NCBI GenBank assembly: GCA_963695875.1
Contig: CAVOID010000005.1
Location: 150,484-214,483 of the forward strand
DNA length: 64,000 nt
Reading direction: 5' to 3'
Source: an uncultured delta proteobacterium
GTDB taxonomy: Bacteria > Desulfobacterota > Syntrophia > Syntrophales > UBA2185
In this document: in pieces, positions 10,934-22,280 of the stretch
Layout: each line of letters begins with the position of its first letter
Position numbering within the stretch: the stretch's first letter is position 1
The notes under the pieces: model-generated
Database searches by the model: none
The model's input: only the letters and a program-made list of their open reading frames with translations
What the model was told of the DNA's origin: nothing
Position numbers and translations under genes: made by a program

Positions 10934-13900
10934 ATGGCAGATATCGGTATTTCGGGAAGAATTGCCAGGTCGTTTATCGTCTCCAAGCTGACGCCGCTGA
11001 TCGTTATCGCTTCCATATTGCTCGGCATTTTTTCCGTGATCGCTACACCGCGGGAAGAGGAACCGCAGATCCTTGTACCGATGATAGACGTCATGGTCAA
11101 TTACCCCGGTGCGTCGGCCGGAGAAGTTGAATCGCGCGTCACCCGCCCGATGGAGCAACTGCTCTGGGAAATCAAAGGAGTCGAATACATTTACTCCATT
11201 GCCAGACCCGGCTCGAATCTCACAATAGTAAGGTTCTACGTCGGTGAAAAGATGGAAGACAGCATCGTCAAGGTGTACAACAAGCTTATGTCGCACTATG
11301 ACATCATCCCGCCCGGCGTCTCGCAACCTCTTGTCAAACCAAAATCTATAGACGATGTTCCGATCCTCGCCCTTACCCTCTGGAGTGCGAGTGGCCGCTA
11401 TTCAGGTTATGATTTGCGGCGTATTGCTGCTGAACTTTCAAATGAAATAAAAAAAGACAAGGATGTTTCTGAATTCACACTCATCGGCGGCCAAAAGCGG
11501 CAGGTGCTGATCAGTATTGATCCCACGCGACTCAAGGCATACCGGATGTCGCCTGTGCATATCATCGGAGGTCTCCAAAAAGCAAATTTCATTCTGCCAT
11601 CCGGCTCATTCCCGAGCGGCAATAAAGAGTATCTCGTAGAAACGGGTGCCTTTCTCAAAAATGCCTCTGAAGTCGGCAATGTCGTAGTTGCGGCACAGAA
11701 CGGCAAGCCCGTTTATCTGCGTGATGTCGCGCGTATTACGGATGGACCTGAAGAACCGGACAACTATGTGTTTATGGGTCTCGGTCCCGCCGCCGTCCGG
11801 AAAGGGATTACGGTCTCAACACAGGGAGAGCATGAAGCTGTCACAATCGCCATAGCGAAAAAAAAGGGTGCCAATGCCAGCATTGTCGCACGGGAGGCCC
11901 TGAGAAAAGTTGAAGCCTTGCGCGGCCCGCTCTTACCCTCTGACGTGCAGGTCGCCATTACCCGCAACTATGGAGACACGGCGAAGGAGAAATCGGACGA
12001 ACTCCTCCAGCACATGTTGATCGCGACCATCTCAGTTGTCATACTTATTGCGCTTGCGCTCGGATGGCGCGAATCGGTCGTGGTGGCTGTGGCCGTGCCG
12101 GTAACGCTTGCCCTCACGTTGCTTACTAATTATCTTTACGGCTACACTCTCAACAGGGTAACCCTCTTTGCCCTCATCTTCTCCATCGGCATCCTGGTGG
12201 ATGATGCAATAGTCATCGTCGAAAATATACACCGTCATTTCAAGATGAACGGGGCTTCACCCGGGACAGCTGTGACCGCCGTCGATGAAGTAGGCAACCC
12301 CACGATCCTCGCTACCCTCGCGGTCATCGCCGCCCTTCTGCCCATGGCTTTCGTGTCCGGCCTCATGGGGCCTTACATGAGGCCTATACCTGTCGGGGCT
12401 TCGGCGGCTATGCTCTTTTCGCTCCTCGTGGCCTTTATCGTGAGTCCATGGCTCAGCTACAAGGTGTTGAAGAATGCGCCCATCGTTGATAGCGGAAGCG
12501 AGGGAAGAAGGCTCCACGAATTATACGATAGGGCGCTTCGTCCCCTCCTCGAACATAGGAGGCGCCGGCTCTTTACTTTTGGCGCAGTTATCTGCCTTCT
12601 CGGTCTGGCAGTGCTTCTCGTGCCTCTGAAAATGGTAACTGTCAAGATGCTTCCCTTTGACAACAAGAGCGAGCTGCAAATGATCATCGATATGCCGGAA
12701 GGAGTGGCAATGGAGCAGACTGCCGCACTCGTCCGGGAGCTGGGGGAATACTTGAAGACCGTCCCCGAAGTAACAGACTACCAGTCATACATCGGCACAG
12801 CGGCGCCTTACAATTTCAACGGCCTCGTGCGTCACTATTTTCTGCGCTCCGGCAGCAATGTCGCGGACATCCAGGTGAATTTCGTTGCCAAGGACAAACG
12901 AAAAGCACAGAGTCATGATATAGCAAAGCGCCTTCGCCCCGGGGTCGAGGCAATCGGCGGCCGCTATGGCGCCAGAATAAAGATAGCTGAAATCCCGCCG
13001 GGCCCGCCTGTTCTCGACACGCTCGTAGCCGAGATCTATGGTCCTGATCCGAAACGTCAGATTGGGATCGCCGGAGAGATTATGAATATCTTCCAGAGCA
13101 CGGCGGGCGTGGTGGATGTGGACTGGTATGTCGAGGCCGACCGAAAGAAAATTACGTTGGACGTTGACAGAGAAAAAGCAGCGCTCAACAGCATAAGCAC
13201 GGAGTCTGCGGCGCAGACCCTGATGATAGCGTTGAAAGGAACGGGGGTAGGTCTCGTCCATATGGAGCGCGAAAGGGAACCAGTTGAGCTCTTCATGCGT
13301 ATGCCCATTGCGCTGCGCGCCGACTTCGCATCGTTGAAGGAAGCCGCCGTTTTATCCCCGTCAGGATCGCTCATCCCCCTTTCCGAACTGGTAACCGTAA
13401 AAGAGGGTATCGAGGACAAGACCATTTACCACAAGAACCTGAAAAGAGTCACATACGTGATTGGTGATGTCGCGGGCGTCGAAGAGAGCCCTGTTTATGC
13501 AATCCTCAAGATGAGGGATAAAATCAAAAAACTGCGGCTCCCTGAAGGATATGAATTGCAGCAGTACTCTACCATCCAGCCCCCGCTCGAACAGCGCTAC
13601 TCGATGAAATGGGACGGGGAATGGCACATCACCTACGAAGTCTTCAGGGACCTCGGCGTCGCATTTGCTGCGGTACTCGTCCTCATCTATATACTTGTCG
13701 TCGCCTGGTTCCGGAATTTCTTGATCCCTCTTGTCATCATGGCGCCGATCCCCCTCACCCTGGTGGGCATCCTGCCCGGCCATTGGGCATTCGGTGCATT
13801 TTTCACCGCAACTTCCATGATCGGTTTCATAGCGCTTTCGGGAATAATTGTGAGGAATTCAATCCTGCTTGTCGACTTTGTCCAACTGGAATGTCGTGAA

Positions 13901-14161
13901 GAAGCTGACCTGAAGGATGCCGTAATAAGGGCGGGCGCGGTGCGCTTCAGGCCCATCGCGCTGACTGCGGCAGCGGTTGTTGTCGGCTCCTTCGTCATTC
14001 TCTTTGATCCCATCTTTCAGGGACTGGCTATCGCGATGATGTTCGGTGCTCTGGCGGCAACAGGCCTTACGCTCATCGTCGTGCCGTTGCTCTATTATGA
14101 AATTTTCAAAGACCGTCCTATTTCCGCTAAACAGGCAGGGAAGGACTTGCCGGTGCAGTAA
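10934..14161 (+). CDS. RND efflux transporter permease subunit
   Basis: 1075 aa; [30 protein letters not shown]. Confidence 0.95.
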   Translation: MADIGISGRIARSFIVSKLTPLIVIASILLGIFSVIATPREEEPQILVPMIDVMVNYPGASAGEVESRVTRPMEQLLWEIKGVEYIYSIARPGSNLTIVRFYVGEKMEDSIVKVYNKLMSHYDIIPPGVSQPLVKPKSIDDVPILALTLWSASGRYSGYDLRRIAAELSNEIKKDKDVSEFTLIGGQKRQVLISIDPTRLKAYRMSPVHIIGGLQKANFILPSGSFPSGNKEYLVETGAFLKNASEVGNVVVAAQNGKPVYLRDVARITDGPEEPDNYVFMGLGPAAVRKGITVSTQGEHEAVTIAIAKKKGANASIVAREALRKVEALRGPLLPSDVQVAITRNYGDTAKEKSDELLQHMLIATISVVILIALALGWRESVVVAVAVPVTLALTLLTNYLYGYTLNRVTLFALIFSIGILVDDAIVIVENIHRHFKMNGASPGTAVTAVDEVGNPTILATLAVIAALLPMAFVSGLMGPYMRPIPVGASAAMLFSLLVAFIVSPWLSYKVLKNAPIVDSGSEGRRLHELYDRALRPLLEHRRRRLFTFGAVICLLGLAVLLVPLKMVTVKMLPFDNKSELQMIIDMPEGVAMEQTAALVRELGEYLKTVPEVTDYQSYIGTAAPYNFNGLVRHYFLRSGSNVADIQVNFVAKDKRKAQSHDIAKRLRPGVEAIGGRYGARIKIAEIPPGPPVLDTLVAEIYGPDPKRQIGIAGEIMNIFQSTAGVVDVDWYVEADRKKITLDVDREKAALNSISTESAAQTLMIALKGTGVGLVHMEREREPVELFMRMPIALRADFASLKEAAVLSPSGSLIPLSELVTVKEGIEDKTIYHKNLKRVTYVIGDVAGVEESPVYAILKMRDKIKKLRLPEGYELQQYSTIQPPLEQRYSMKWDGEWHITYEVFRDLGVAFAAVLVLIYILVVAWFRNFLIPLVIMAPIPLTLVGILPGHWAFGAFFTATSMIGFIALSGIIVRNSILLVDFVQLECREEADLKDAVIRAGAVRFRPIALTAAAVVVGSFVILFDPIFQGLAIAMMFGALAATGLTLIVVPLLYYEIFKDRPISAKQAGKDLPVQ

Positions 14162-14174
14162 AGGAGGTATCACC

Positions 14175-14399
14175 ATGTATATGGCAAACACCGAAAGCTG
14201 GTATCTTGAACGTGCGGTCTTTCTGATCGCGGGTACATTCACGCTTGCGAGCGCATTTCTCGCGTGGCTCCATAGCCTGTACTGGCTTATCTTCACAGCT
14301 CTGGTCGGCATCAATCTCATTATCCTCGCTCTCACAGGGTTCTGCGCAATGGCAAACCTTTTGTTGAAACTGGGATTTAAGCCGCGCCTGCAAAGATAA
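14175..14399 (+). CDS. DUF2892/YgaP-like small membrane protein
   Basis: AAGGAGG RBS; two TM helices and a GFC motif. Confidence 0.8.
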   Translation: MYMANTESWYLERAVFLIAGTFTLASAFLAWLHSLYWLIFTALVGINLIILALTGFCAMANLLLKLGFKPRLQR

Positions 14400-14719
14400 A
14401 TAGCAAAGGTCCGACTTGCCTATTGTCTTCACAACGGAGCGACTTTGAGGAAAACGATTACGAATAAAAACGTTCGATGACATACCGGTATAATATGTTT
14501 TTGGTTGCTTAAGACACCTCGCCCCTTGGGCATATCAGCCGTTACACACCCACAGGGCCGGAAGTGGCCATTGCAATCGGTGTCTGGGCTATGGGGTTTT
14601 TAATTATCACGGTGCTTTACAAGATTTTTCTCTCCGTCAGAGAGACAGAGGAGATGTAATGGGTTCCACCCTTAAGAATGGAATATTTTGATCGTTTCGA
14701 TTAATAAGGAGGCAGCAAA

Positions 14720-15196
14720 ATGCCAGGCGAAGAGAAGGACTTACTGGGAGAGTCCCTGACGGGCTATAAAGAAAAAATCGTTCCAATCACAAAGGCGACC
14801 CTGAAATGGGATAAGGACCTTATCTTTGTCGGCATGACCCAGCAGGGATATGAGATAGAATTCGATGCCCAGGCCCAATGGGGATGCAAACCGACAGAGG
14901 CGCTTCTTCTAAGTCTCGCTGGTTGCATGGGGATCGATGTGGTGATGTTCTTGCAGAAGATGAGGGTCCAACTGGCAAGTTTTAAGATTGAACTCGCGGG
15001 CGAGAGGAATCCGACACCTCCGCAGTATTTCAAAGCCATTGAAATGGTCTTCTACATCACAGGAAAGAGCCTTAATCCCGAAAAGGTTGATCGCGCCATA
15101 TCCTTGTCTCAGGCTAAGTATTGTTCTGTTTATAACTCCCTCCGCCGGGATCTGGAAATGAAAGTGCGATATGTGATAGAGGAGAAAGAACGTTGA
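14720..15196 (+). CDS. OsmC family protein
   Basis: PTEALLLSLAGCMG and KYCSV. Confidence 0.88.
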   Translation: MPGEEKDLLGESLTGYKEKIVPITKATLKWDKDLIFVGMTQQGYEIEFDAQAQWGCKPTEALLLSLAGCMGIDVVMFLQKMRVQLASFKIELAGERNPTPPQYFKAIEMVFYITGKSLNPEKVDRAISLSQAKYCSVYNSLRRDLEMKVRYVIEEKER

Positions 15197-15314
15197 AAAT
15201 GGTAAGATGACATCCTTCAAGGTAATGCTCAATATCTCATCCAAGGATCGTGAAGGGGCCTTACCAGTTTAGGTTCAAATATTTTGATGATTGGTTCGGG
15301 ATACCAGAGGGATT

Positions 15315-16461
15315 TCAAACTCCATCCTGGATGTAATTGAAATCCAGTTTCATGGAAAGTTCCGCCTTTTCCAGTTCCTTCCCCAGATAGGCAGCATGAG
15401 AGAGCTGAGTAATCCAGCCTTTTTTTATGATTGTACGATACAGGCTCCTGGCATCTTTTCCTTCAACGACCCGAAGAAACCGGTTGTCATTGGTGTAGTG
15501 CTCGACCGAGATGATCCCTTTTCCTCGCATGGGAAGGATGACGAAGTATCCTGCCTTGTCCAGCTCCACCTTTGGTATTTCTTCCGCTTGAATGACTTCA
15601 ATAGGGGCAATGGTCAAAGGTTTCACGACTCGGGCAAATTCTTTCTTACCACAGGAAAGGTGCATCTTCTTGGCAAAGGACCTGACGTTTCCTGCCACAT
15701 GCTTGGCGTCCTCGCATCCGATCATATCGACGACCTTGACCTGGTTGCGGAAGGCCTCCACTTCTTCCCGTGTGACATTCTTCAGGACCGGCCGCCTGCC
15801 CGGCGACCCGATCACTCTCATGCTCTCATCTACACCACTTTCACACAGGGATAGAAGTGTGGCGCCGCTTCGGTGACCCTCGGGGTCTTTGCCGGCGACA
15901 ATCAGGATGTGTATGGAGGGGTTGGTGATTGTATTCTTGATAATCTTGTCAATGCCGATGTTTTCCGTTTCTGTCTTTCCGACGATGCAGAGATCCTTCG
16001 GTGCAAGACGGGCAAGTTCTCCTGCCAGGGAGATGCTTGACAGGGTGGAGACGGCAATATGGCAGGCCTGATTTTCACAGAGAACAAAATATTCGCCGGC
16101 CACGGGGGGCCAGGCAGCGGCCGTTACCTCAAGCTCGGCAACTGAGTGAAGCCGATTCCTCCATTCCGGGAAAGGCCTCAGGAAAAAGGTTCATCGCTAC
16201 CGCCGGGTAGCAGTGCTCGCATCCCAGTCAGGTATACATACTCTCCTCAGTTTTCCCGAGCCAGGCTTCCACCTTCTCCCGAAGATCGCGAGCATCCTGA
16301 TCCTTGGTGGCTGCCAGGTTGTCGCGGATTTCTTCCAATGCACCCTTCATGCAGCCGCACTTCCTGCACTTTGAAAGAGCGATGCCTTTTTCGAATTCGG
16401 ATGTCAGTGTTTCCAGTTTTTCGCCCGTGGATATGTTTGTGTCCTTCTTGTCCTTGCTCAT
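15315..16461 (-). CDS. Putative selenoprotein: Cys/Sec-rich N-domain + MtrA-like corrinoid domain + DUF4346 (UGA at 16230-16228; +1 frameshift at about 16137)
   Basis: Joins ORFs 16228..16461 and 15315..16103 and reads CRKCGC...MYT-U-LGCEHCYPA. MtrA motifs: WPPVAGEY, TENIGIDK, NPSI, GH. DUF4346 motifs: DKAGYF...HAAYLGKEL. Confidence 0.75.
16196..16211 (-). promoter_or_regulatory. Candidate bacterial SECIS hairpin
   Basis: GCTACC-CGGC-GGTAGC; the loop begins 22 nt after the UGA and has G at its second position. Confidence 0.6.
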
Positions 16462-16464
16462 TAT

Positions 16465-16680
16465 TTAGGTTTTCTCTTTCTTTAGCTTTTCAATTTCTTC
16501 CTTGAGTTCCCGCATCTCCTTCCTCAATTCATCCACTTCATCGTAGCTCCTGCCACGGCAAAAGAATCCGCGGCCACCGAAGAACTGGGCGAGAACGAAA
16601 AGTACCACAATCATGAAAATCAGGCCCATCAACGGAAACATGAACCATCCACCCCACATCGGAGGACCATTCCACCACAT
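16465..16680 (-). CDS. Small Trp-rich single-pass membrane protein with C-terminal coiled coil
   Basis: AAGGAGG RBS; TM segment, GGRGFFC, ELRKEMRELKEE; paralog at 38711-38936. Confidence 0.75.
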   Translation of the reverse strand: MWWNGPPMWGGWFMFPLMGLIFMIVVLFVLAQFFGGRGFFCRGRSYDEVDELRKEMRELKEEIEKLKKEKT

Positions 16681-16709
16681 ATTATTTCACCTCCTTGAGC
16701 CAATACCGC

Positions 16710-16738
16710 ATAAACGGGGGCCACATGGGAAAGATGCC
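16710..16738 (-). promoter_or_regulatory. Candidate ECF-sigma promoter
   Basis: GGCATC-N16-CGTTTA, 30 nt upstream of ATG 16680; matches the motif at 39871-39900. Confidence 0.5.
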
Positions 16739-16814
16739 TATCTTCCCTTGAGCTCCTCAATAGGTTTTTCGTCATACATATAATAAGATTTCATTTACAT
16801 AAACATTCACTTAT

Positions 16815-16843
16815 AAATTAAGCTTCGTATAATTGAGTGTCAA
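16815..16843 (-). promoter_or_regulatory. Candidate sigma70 promoter
   Basis: TTGACA-N17-TAATTT on the minus strand. Confidence 0.4.
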
Positions 16844-16944
16844 GAAGAACTTTGACAGAAGAATTTTACAGATGTCAGACAGGTTTGAAAAGGGGTCAGC
16901 AAGCACAAACCCAACAAATGGAACCGGGCGCCTTTCCAGTCCGC

Positions 16945-19900
16945 TTATTCTTCGACTGCGAGGCTCAATTGTCCGTCTAAAGTTCGTGACCGTGGCACCT
17001 TCGGGGCTTCTCGTGCAGAAGCCGGCACAGGGGGAAGTTCCGACGCGGTGAAAAGCTCACTATCAAGAACGGCTTCAAGAAGCCGTTTCTGTTTCGCATA
17101 CCCTGCCGTTGTATGCTCCAGGACCCAGAGCAATTCCAGAAGTTCTCGTGGTAAACTCGCGTGTCCAGACGCGAGGCCGGATATCGTCAAGGGGCGATGA
17201 CTTTCTTCCCGCTCCGCTCCCTCATGCGATAGCCCAGCCATGACTGCAATACTTTCAGACCCGATACTTCAAACTCCCATACCTCGAGACGACACCGGGG
17301 CAAAAACGCCGTCGCCGACATAGAGCTTCTTGCCGGTGTCTTCATAATAAAATTCATTCGGATACTTGTCTTCCTGATCGGAAACGGCCTTTATGCATTG
17401 AGCCTTGCCCTTCGGTATCTGTCCTGCCGGATGGTCGGCGTCGTGCAATCGTTCGCCATAGGTATGCAGCCAGATCAATTCTTTGCCGAACTCCGATACC
17501 TTCGCAAAGAGTTTTTTGTCTTTCGTCAGAGGAACGCGCACTTCCTTGCTTGCAAGCTCGTCTGAGCAAATCGCCGCGTATATTCAGGCTGGGCCAAAAC
17601 ACCGTAAACATAACCAGCAAAATCTTCCGGCGTTACTGTTCGGCCAAATGATGTGCTTAGCATGTCCAAGCAAGCCAGGCAATATGTTCGGCTGTAGTGC
17701 ATTCGCGTCACGATAAAGTGGCATGATCTCTTTAGCTCCAACTGATCCGCGAAAATGATGAAGGTCAGGGATATTTGCACTACACATGTCATTGCTGGAC
17801 CATCGCCAAGTGGATGATTGAACATAGCTTGATAGATATATTTGCTCGTTCACCATGTGCACCTGCCATAGCGGCGGGTCGCGGGCGTCGAAATCAGCGA
17901 TCATCAGCAAGCAATATACTGTCGATCAAAAGAACGATAATGCATATCTGAACGATTTTATGTATTGGTTCATCTTGAGCCAATAACTTTATTGCGCTTG
18001 AGTTCTATACTCATCGTCAAATATGGTCTGCTGCTTCAAAGCAATTGTTCTGATCGCCGACTCTCCTTCATAGAGTTCTGCACGATTCAGTAGACCTCGA
18101 GGAGCGCCTTCCAACGACTCTTCCAGAACATCTTTCGATGGTGCCACTGGCCAAGTACGTTTAGCTTTGAACACCGTTATTTTGCCACGGAAACAAATCT
18201 GTAAAGCTCGGCCACTCGTGCAAAGTCACTTGTTGACAACAGGTCTGAACGGCGCCTGCCAATCATCCGGGTACAGATCTCCCATTTCAGAGCACTACTC
18301 GATTTTACAGAATCAAGGGCTTCGAGCTTTTTCTCTCGTGTCCCTTCAATGCGCGTATATCGGACAACAGCCGGAGTATCGGGATTCGGCTTTGCTTTGC
18401 GCCACGCCACGAAGATTGCCACCGGCGTCTGAATGGCAAAGACATTTTCATCCTTCCGTGTCCCGCGTCCTTCCCCTCCCAGGTCGATGATATCTATATG
18501 ATCGCAGATCCTGCGCATGTGCTCGCGGACGCCGACAAAGGCGTCACCGTCGAGATAGGACGATGCGGTGATGAAGGACAGGATGCCGGGGCCTGTAGCG
18601 GTCTTGTGCTCGAATACTTTCCAGAGGGACCAGCGGATGAAATAGACATAGAGGTTGTAAAGGTTCTTGAGATGGACGCCATAACCGGCTGTGCGGGCAG
18701 GTTTCAAGAAATCTTCAAGAATCGCAGAAGCTTCGTATTTCTCATCACCATAACGCACCCAGCCGCCGGTGATTGCCTTATTATCTCCGCTGCTCGCTTC
18801 ATGCCGACCATAGGGCGGATTACCGAGACACACAAGGACATGTTCTGCGTCCTTGATCTTGAGCGCCCGTTCGTGTTCCTGCGCTATGGGCTTGTGAAAC
18901 AGCGGCGGCGCAGGCGGGTCGTGTGAGGAGATTCAAGGGTGTTCGTGAGATAGATACCAGGACCGGTGGAAGGCAGAGATGATGCCCTGCTTGCTTAGGG
19001 CCTGCGAGAAACGCAGTTGCGCGACGGCGTACGGGCCGACCATCCATTCAAAGCCGTGGAGGTTATGGACCAGCGAACGAGCGCCGCCTTTTACCGCTCC
19101 CGGGCCTTCCTCCTTTTCCACCCGTGCAAGGGCATGATCGACAATACCAAGAAGATAGGTTCCGGTTCCGACCGCCGGATCAAGCGTTGAAACTCCGGCC
19201 TCAACAAATCCCATATCTTTACCAAGGTGCTTTTGCAGGATTTCGTCTATCAGCCGCACCTGACAACGGACGACTTCAAGCGGAGTAAAGTAAATGCCCG
19301 CCTCTTTGCGTAATTTAGGATCGTAGCTTGCAAGAAAGTCCTCATAGAAAAAAAGCCACGGATCTTTTGTCGCCGATGTCGCCTTGAGCAGATCAGGTGG
19401 TATCTCGTGGATAACACGCTGTGTCATGCTGAGGGATGCGCTGATTTCCTTCCTTGCTTCCTTGTCGGTCAGGAATTCGAGCGATCGGGAAAGCAGCGAG
19501 TGATGATGTTCGAGCGTGTCGTAAGTCTTACGAAGGTCAAGAACATCCGCGCCTTCCATCTGCCCCAGCAGCAAGGCAAAGATGACCGTTTGGGCGTAGG
19601 CGTCGGCAAATTGCTCATCGTTTGCGTCAGGGAAAAGGAGCGCCTTGATCTCAGTCTTGAGCGAGTGCATGGGCGAGGCAGTATCTTCGAGAGAGTCCAA
19701 GACCTCCTCGCGGATAAGGCGGCAGAAGGGAGCAAGGAAAGCAGCAAGCTCTTTCGGCTTCCTCGGGTACAATCGGCGTCCAGGTCGTAAAATCAGCAAA
19801 GAGCTGAAAAAGGTCTCTCGCGTTTGCTTCTGAGACAGCGTCCTTTCTGTCTGTGCGGATGTCTCCTGCAAAGCGGATGCGCTTTGCGAACAAGTCTCCA

Positions 19901-20289
19901 TTCCGGTATAACGCCCATTCGTTGCCGTCGGTATAGATAAGGTTTGGTACGTTCCGGAAACGTTTCCACTGGTCCCTGTCATGTCCCTTGAAAAGCTCCG
20001 GGTTCGCTCCCTTTCCGGGCGCCTTCAATTCAATGTAGCCGACAGGCAGGGTATCAATATGAGCCGCGAAATCAGGACGGCCCAACCTGCTGTGAAGGGT
20101 TGACTCTCCTTTCAGAACGATATTGCGGGAAACGATTTTGCCGTAAGCGGCGAAAAGCTGGTCAACGGGAGATTTGAGCTGATCTTCCGGCTCGCCGGAC
20201 GACCTCGCTGAAAACTTGGCCGTCAGCGATTGGGCAAAGACCTGCAAAGGCGCGTACATCTTTTCTTGTGGCGTAATGTTCTTGGGCAT
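16945..20289 (-). pseudogene. Single-polypeptide restriction-modification enzyme (type IIG/ISP-like N6-adenine MTase), multiply frameshifted
   Basis: Collinear fragments: RPDF...YIELKAPG nuclease motif, GIYFTP, LDPAVGTGTY (motif I), GNPPY (motif IV), LKNLYNLYVYF, and C-terminal specificity-domain pieces (ELIWLHTYGER, ELLELLWVLE). Confidence 0.85.
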
Positions 20290-20434
20290 TATCTCACAAT
20301 CAGGAACGTTATTATGGGCTAATCTATGTTATTCCGTATAACTTGTCAATCGGGTGAGTCGAAAAGCTCAAGTGGTTGTTATCATTCAAATTGAAAAAGA
20401 CACTACCCACATTCAATAGAGTATAATCTTGTGT

Positions 20435-20481
20435 GGATACTTATTAGCCAACTGGATAGCATAACTGGATACTTATTATCC
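20435..20481 (+). promoter_or_regulatory. Two palindromic sites, candidate enhancer (UAS) for a sigma54 activator
   Basis: GGATA-CTTAT-TAGCC (20435) and GGATA-CTTAT-TATCC (20467), 32 bp apart, about 90-135 bp upstream of the sigma54 promoter. Confidence 0.6.
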
Positions 20482-20570
20482 GCTTTAGGACAGACGAAAG
20501 ATGGTCATGGATGGTAGATGTATTGCAATTATTGTTTCATTTTAATTGCTTAAATCACATATGAGATGGC

Positions 20571-20586
20571 TGGCACAGCCCTTGCT
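20571..20586 (+). promoter_or_regulatory. Sigma54 -24/-12 promoter
   Basis: TGGCAC-AGCCC-TTGCT, an exact consensus match. Confidence 0.85.
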
Positions 20587-20628
20587 CTATAAAAAAGCAA
20601 AACAAATAATCTAAAGGAGAATAAAACC

Positions 20629-21129
20629 ATGAAAAAAATAATAATGACGTTAGTCACAGTGATTATTGTGACAGCTTTTGCGGTCTCCGCGTTTGCCTTC
20701 GGTCCCGGCTCGGGGAGGGGTCACGGTGGTGGGCCTTATGATGGTTATGACCCAGCAGTCCTTTCGCAATTGAACCTGACCGCGGATCAGACCACTAAAA
20801 TCAATGCCTTTCGAGAGGCATTCTTGAAGGATACCAAACCGCTGCAGGATAAAATGTTCAGCAAACGGGGCGACTTGAAGCTCCTCTGGTTGCAGCAGAA
20901 TCCCGACCAGGAGAAGATCCTCGCCGTGCAGAAAGAGATCAGGGCCTTGAGGGATCAGATTCAGGAAAAGAGAGATGTCTATCGGCTTAACGTTTACAAT
21001 GTACTTACTCCGGAACAGAAGGAAAAGTTAAAGTCCTACGGACCGGGTCGCGGTTTCGGCCACGGCATGAGGGGTGGTGCTGGGTATCCCGGCGGTGGCC
21101 CTGGCACGGGCATGAGAGGCAACCAGTAA
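20629..21129 (+). CDS. Spy/CpxP/ZraP-family periplasmic chaperone/metal sensor
   Basis: Signal peptide, two LTxxQ motifs (LTADQ, LTPEQ), Gly-rich flanks. Confidence 0.85.
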   Translation: MKKIIMTLVTVIIVTAFAVSAFAFGPGSGRGHGGGPYDGYDPAVLSQLNLTADQTTKINAFREAFLKDTKPLQDKMFSKRGDLKLLWLQQNPDQEKILAVQKEIRALRDQIQEKRDVYRLNVYNVLTPEQKEKLKSYGPGRGFGHGMRGGAGYPGGGPGTGMRGNQ

Positions 21130-21150
21130 AGATACATCATACCAAAGAGT

Positions 21151-21182
21151 AGTGCCTCGGCTTTTGTAAATTCCGAGGCACT
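21151..21182 (+). other. Stem-loop after the ZraP-like gene
   Basis: 10-bp inverted repeat AGTGCCTCGG...CCGAGGCACT with no U-tract. Confidence 0.5.
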
Positions 21183-21283
21183 CTGCCTTGACCAAAGGAA
21201 AGAAAGTGAGAAATCAGACCTGGACATTTTTGATAGATGGGATTAGTCTTCACGACAAAAAAACAACCCTACTGAGGCTTGCC

Positions 21284-22087
21284 ATGGCTGGCTTTCCAAT
21301 AAAAAATATCCTGTCTAAAAGCTTCAAGTTGATGTGGCCGGCCATGGTTGTTCTTCTGTTGACGCTTTTCATCTCAGCTTTTTTCACAAAATTTATCTTC
21401 GTAACCGGCATAGTGTCATTTTGGAAAATTCTTCTTCGTTTTTTTCGCCTTACCCTTATCCTAACTCTTCCCATACTCTTTCTTCCTTATGTCAGTATGG
21501 TCATGCAGAATCTTCTGAATCGGGGAAACTATCGCTTAATCCAGATACGTGAGGAGAGAAGTCATGAGTTTAACCGCTGGCAAAGTTGGTTAGTTCGGCC
21601 ATTGCAGTGCATCGGGCTGGCGATGTTGATTGCGGCAAAGTTTATCACAGTTTTGCAAATCTACACGGGGAATACAATTACCGCCGCAACCATCCTTCCA
21701 TCTGGTCAATTTAATCCAGCAAGATTTTTGAGCACCACGGCCATTGCCATGACGACGTCATTGCTGCTTTCTTTCCTCTGGACGTTGGATGATCTGGGAA
21801 TTCGGTATTCCAACACGAAGACGGGGGAAGTCAGAATGATAGGAAAGTATATTGGCATACTGCTGCCAATCATATTTGGCTTTTACGGTATGTTCAGCCT
21901 GTTTGAAAGTCACGAACGCTTATTGGCGGTCCAGTATATTTTCCAGATGATCATCGTTCTCTATCCTCCATTCGTCGTTATGACCGTACTCAACTTTCTT
22001 TATATCGAAAAGTACGAAACCATTTTACTGGAAAAATTAAAGATAGACTCTCGGTTGGTGTTAATGGATAAACAAGAAGTCAGTTAA
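21284..22087 (+). CDS. Hypothetical multi-pass membrane protein
   Basis: Long ORF with about 6 hydrophobic segments; GAGG precedes ATG 21284. Confidence 0.6.
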   Translation: MAGFPIKNILSKSFKLMWPAMVVLLLTLFISAFFTKFIFVTGIVSFWKILLRFFRLTLILTLPILFLPYVSMVMQNLLNRGNYRLIQIREERSHEFNRWQSWLVRPLQCIGLAMLIAAKFITVLQIYTGNTITAATILPSGQFNPARFLSTTAIAMTTSLLLSFLWTLDDLGIRYSNTKTGEVRMIGKYIGILLPIIFGFYGMFSLFESHERLLAVQYIFQMIIVLYPPFVVMTVLNFLYIEKYETILLEKLKIDSRLVLMDKQEVS

Positions 22088-22280
22088 TGAAAAAAATAAA
22101 AAAACCCAGTGTGCCTTTAGCTTCAAGTATAAGATACTGGAATAAGGTGGTAGCTGGCACCTGCCATTGTTTTGTCATTTAGTCATCATTGTGTTCCGCT
22201 ATTAAGAGCATTAATTTGTCGACAGTAAAGAAGTGGCGCTGCCAAGAATGTAGAGCAGCATCTGTGGAAAGGAGAAAGAT

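Noticed and set aside
15315..16103. Methanogenesis or an Mtr complex inferred from the MtrA-like domain
   Set aside because: No other mtr subunits are present, the context is bacterial, and the domain is fused to DUF4346 with no TM anchor.
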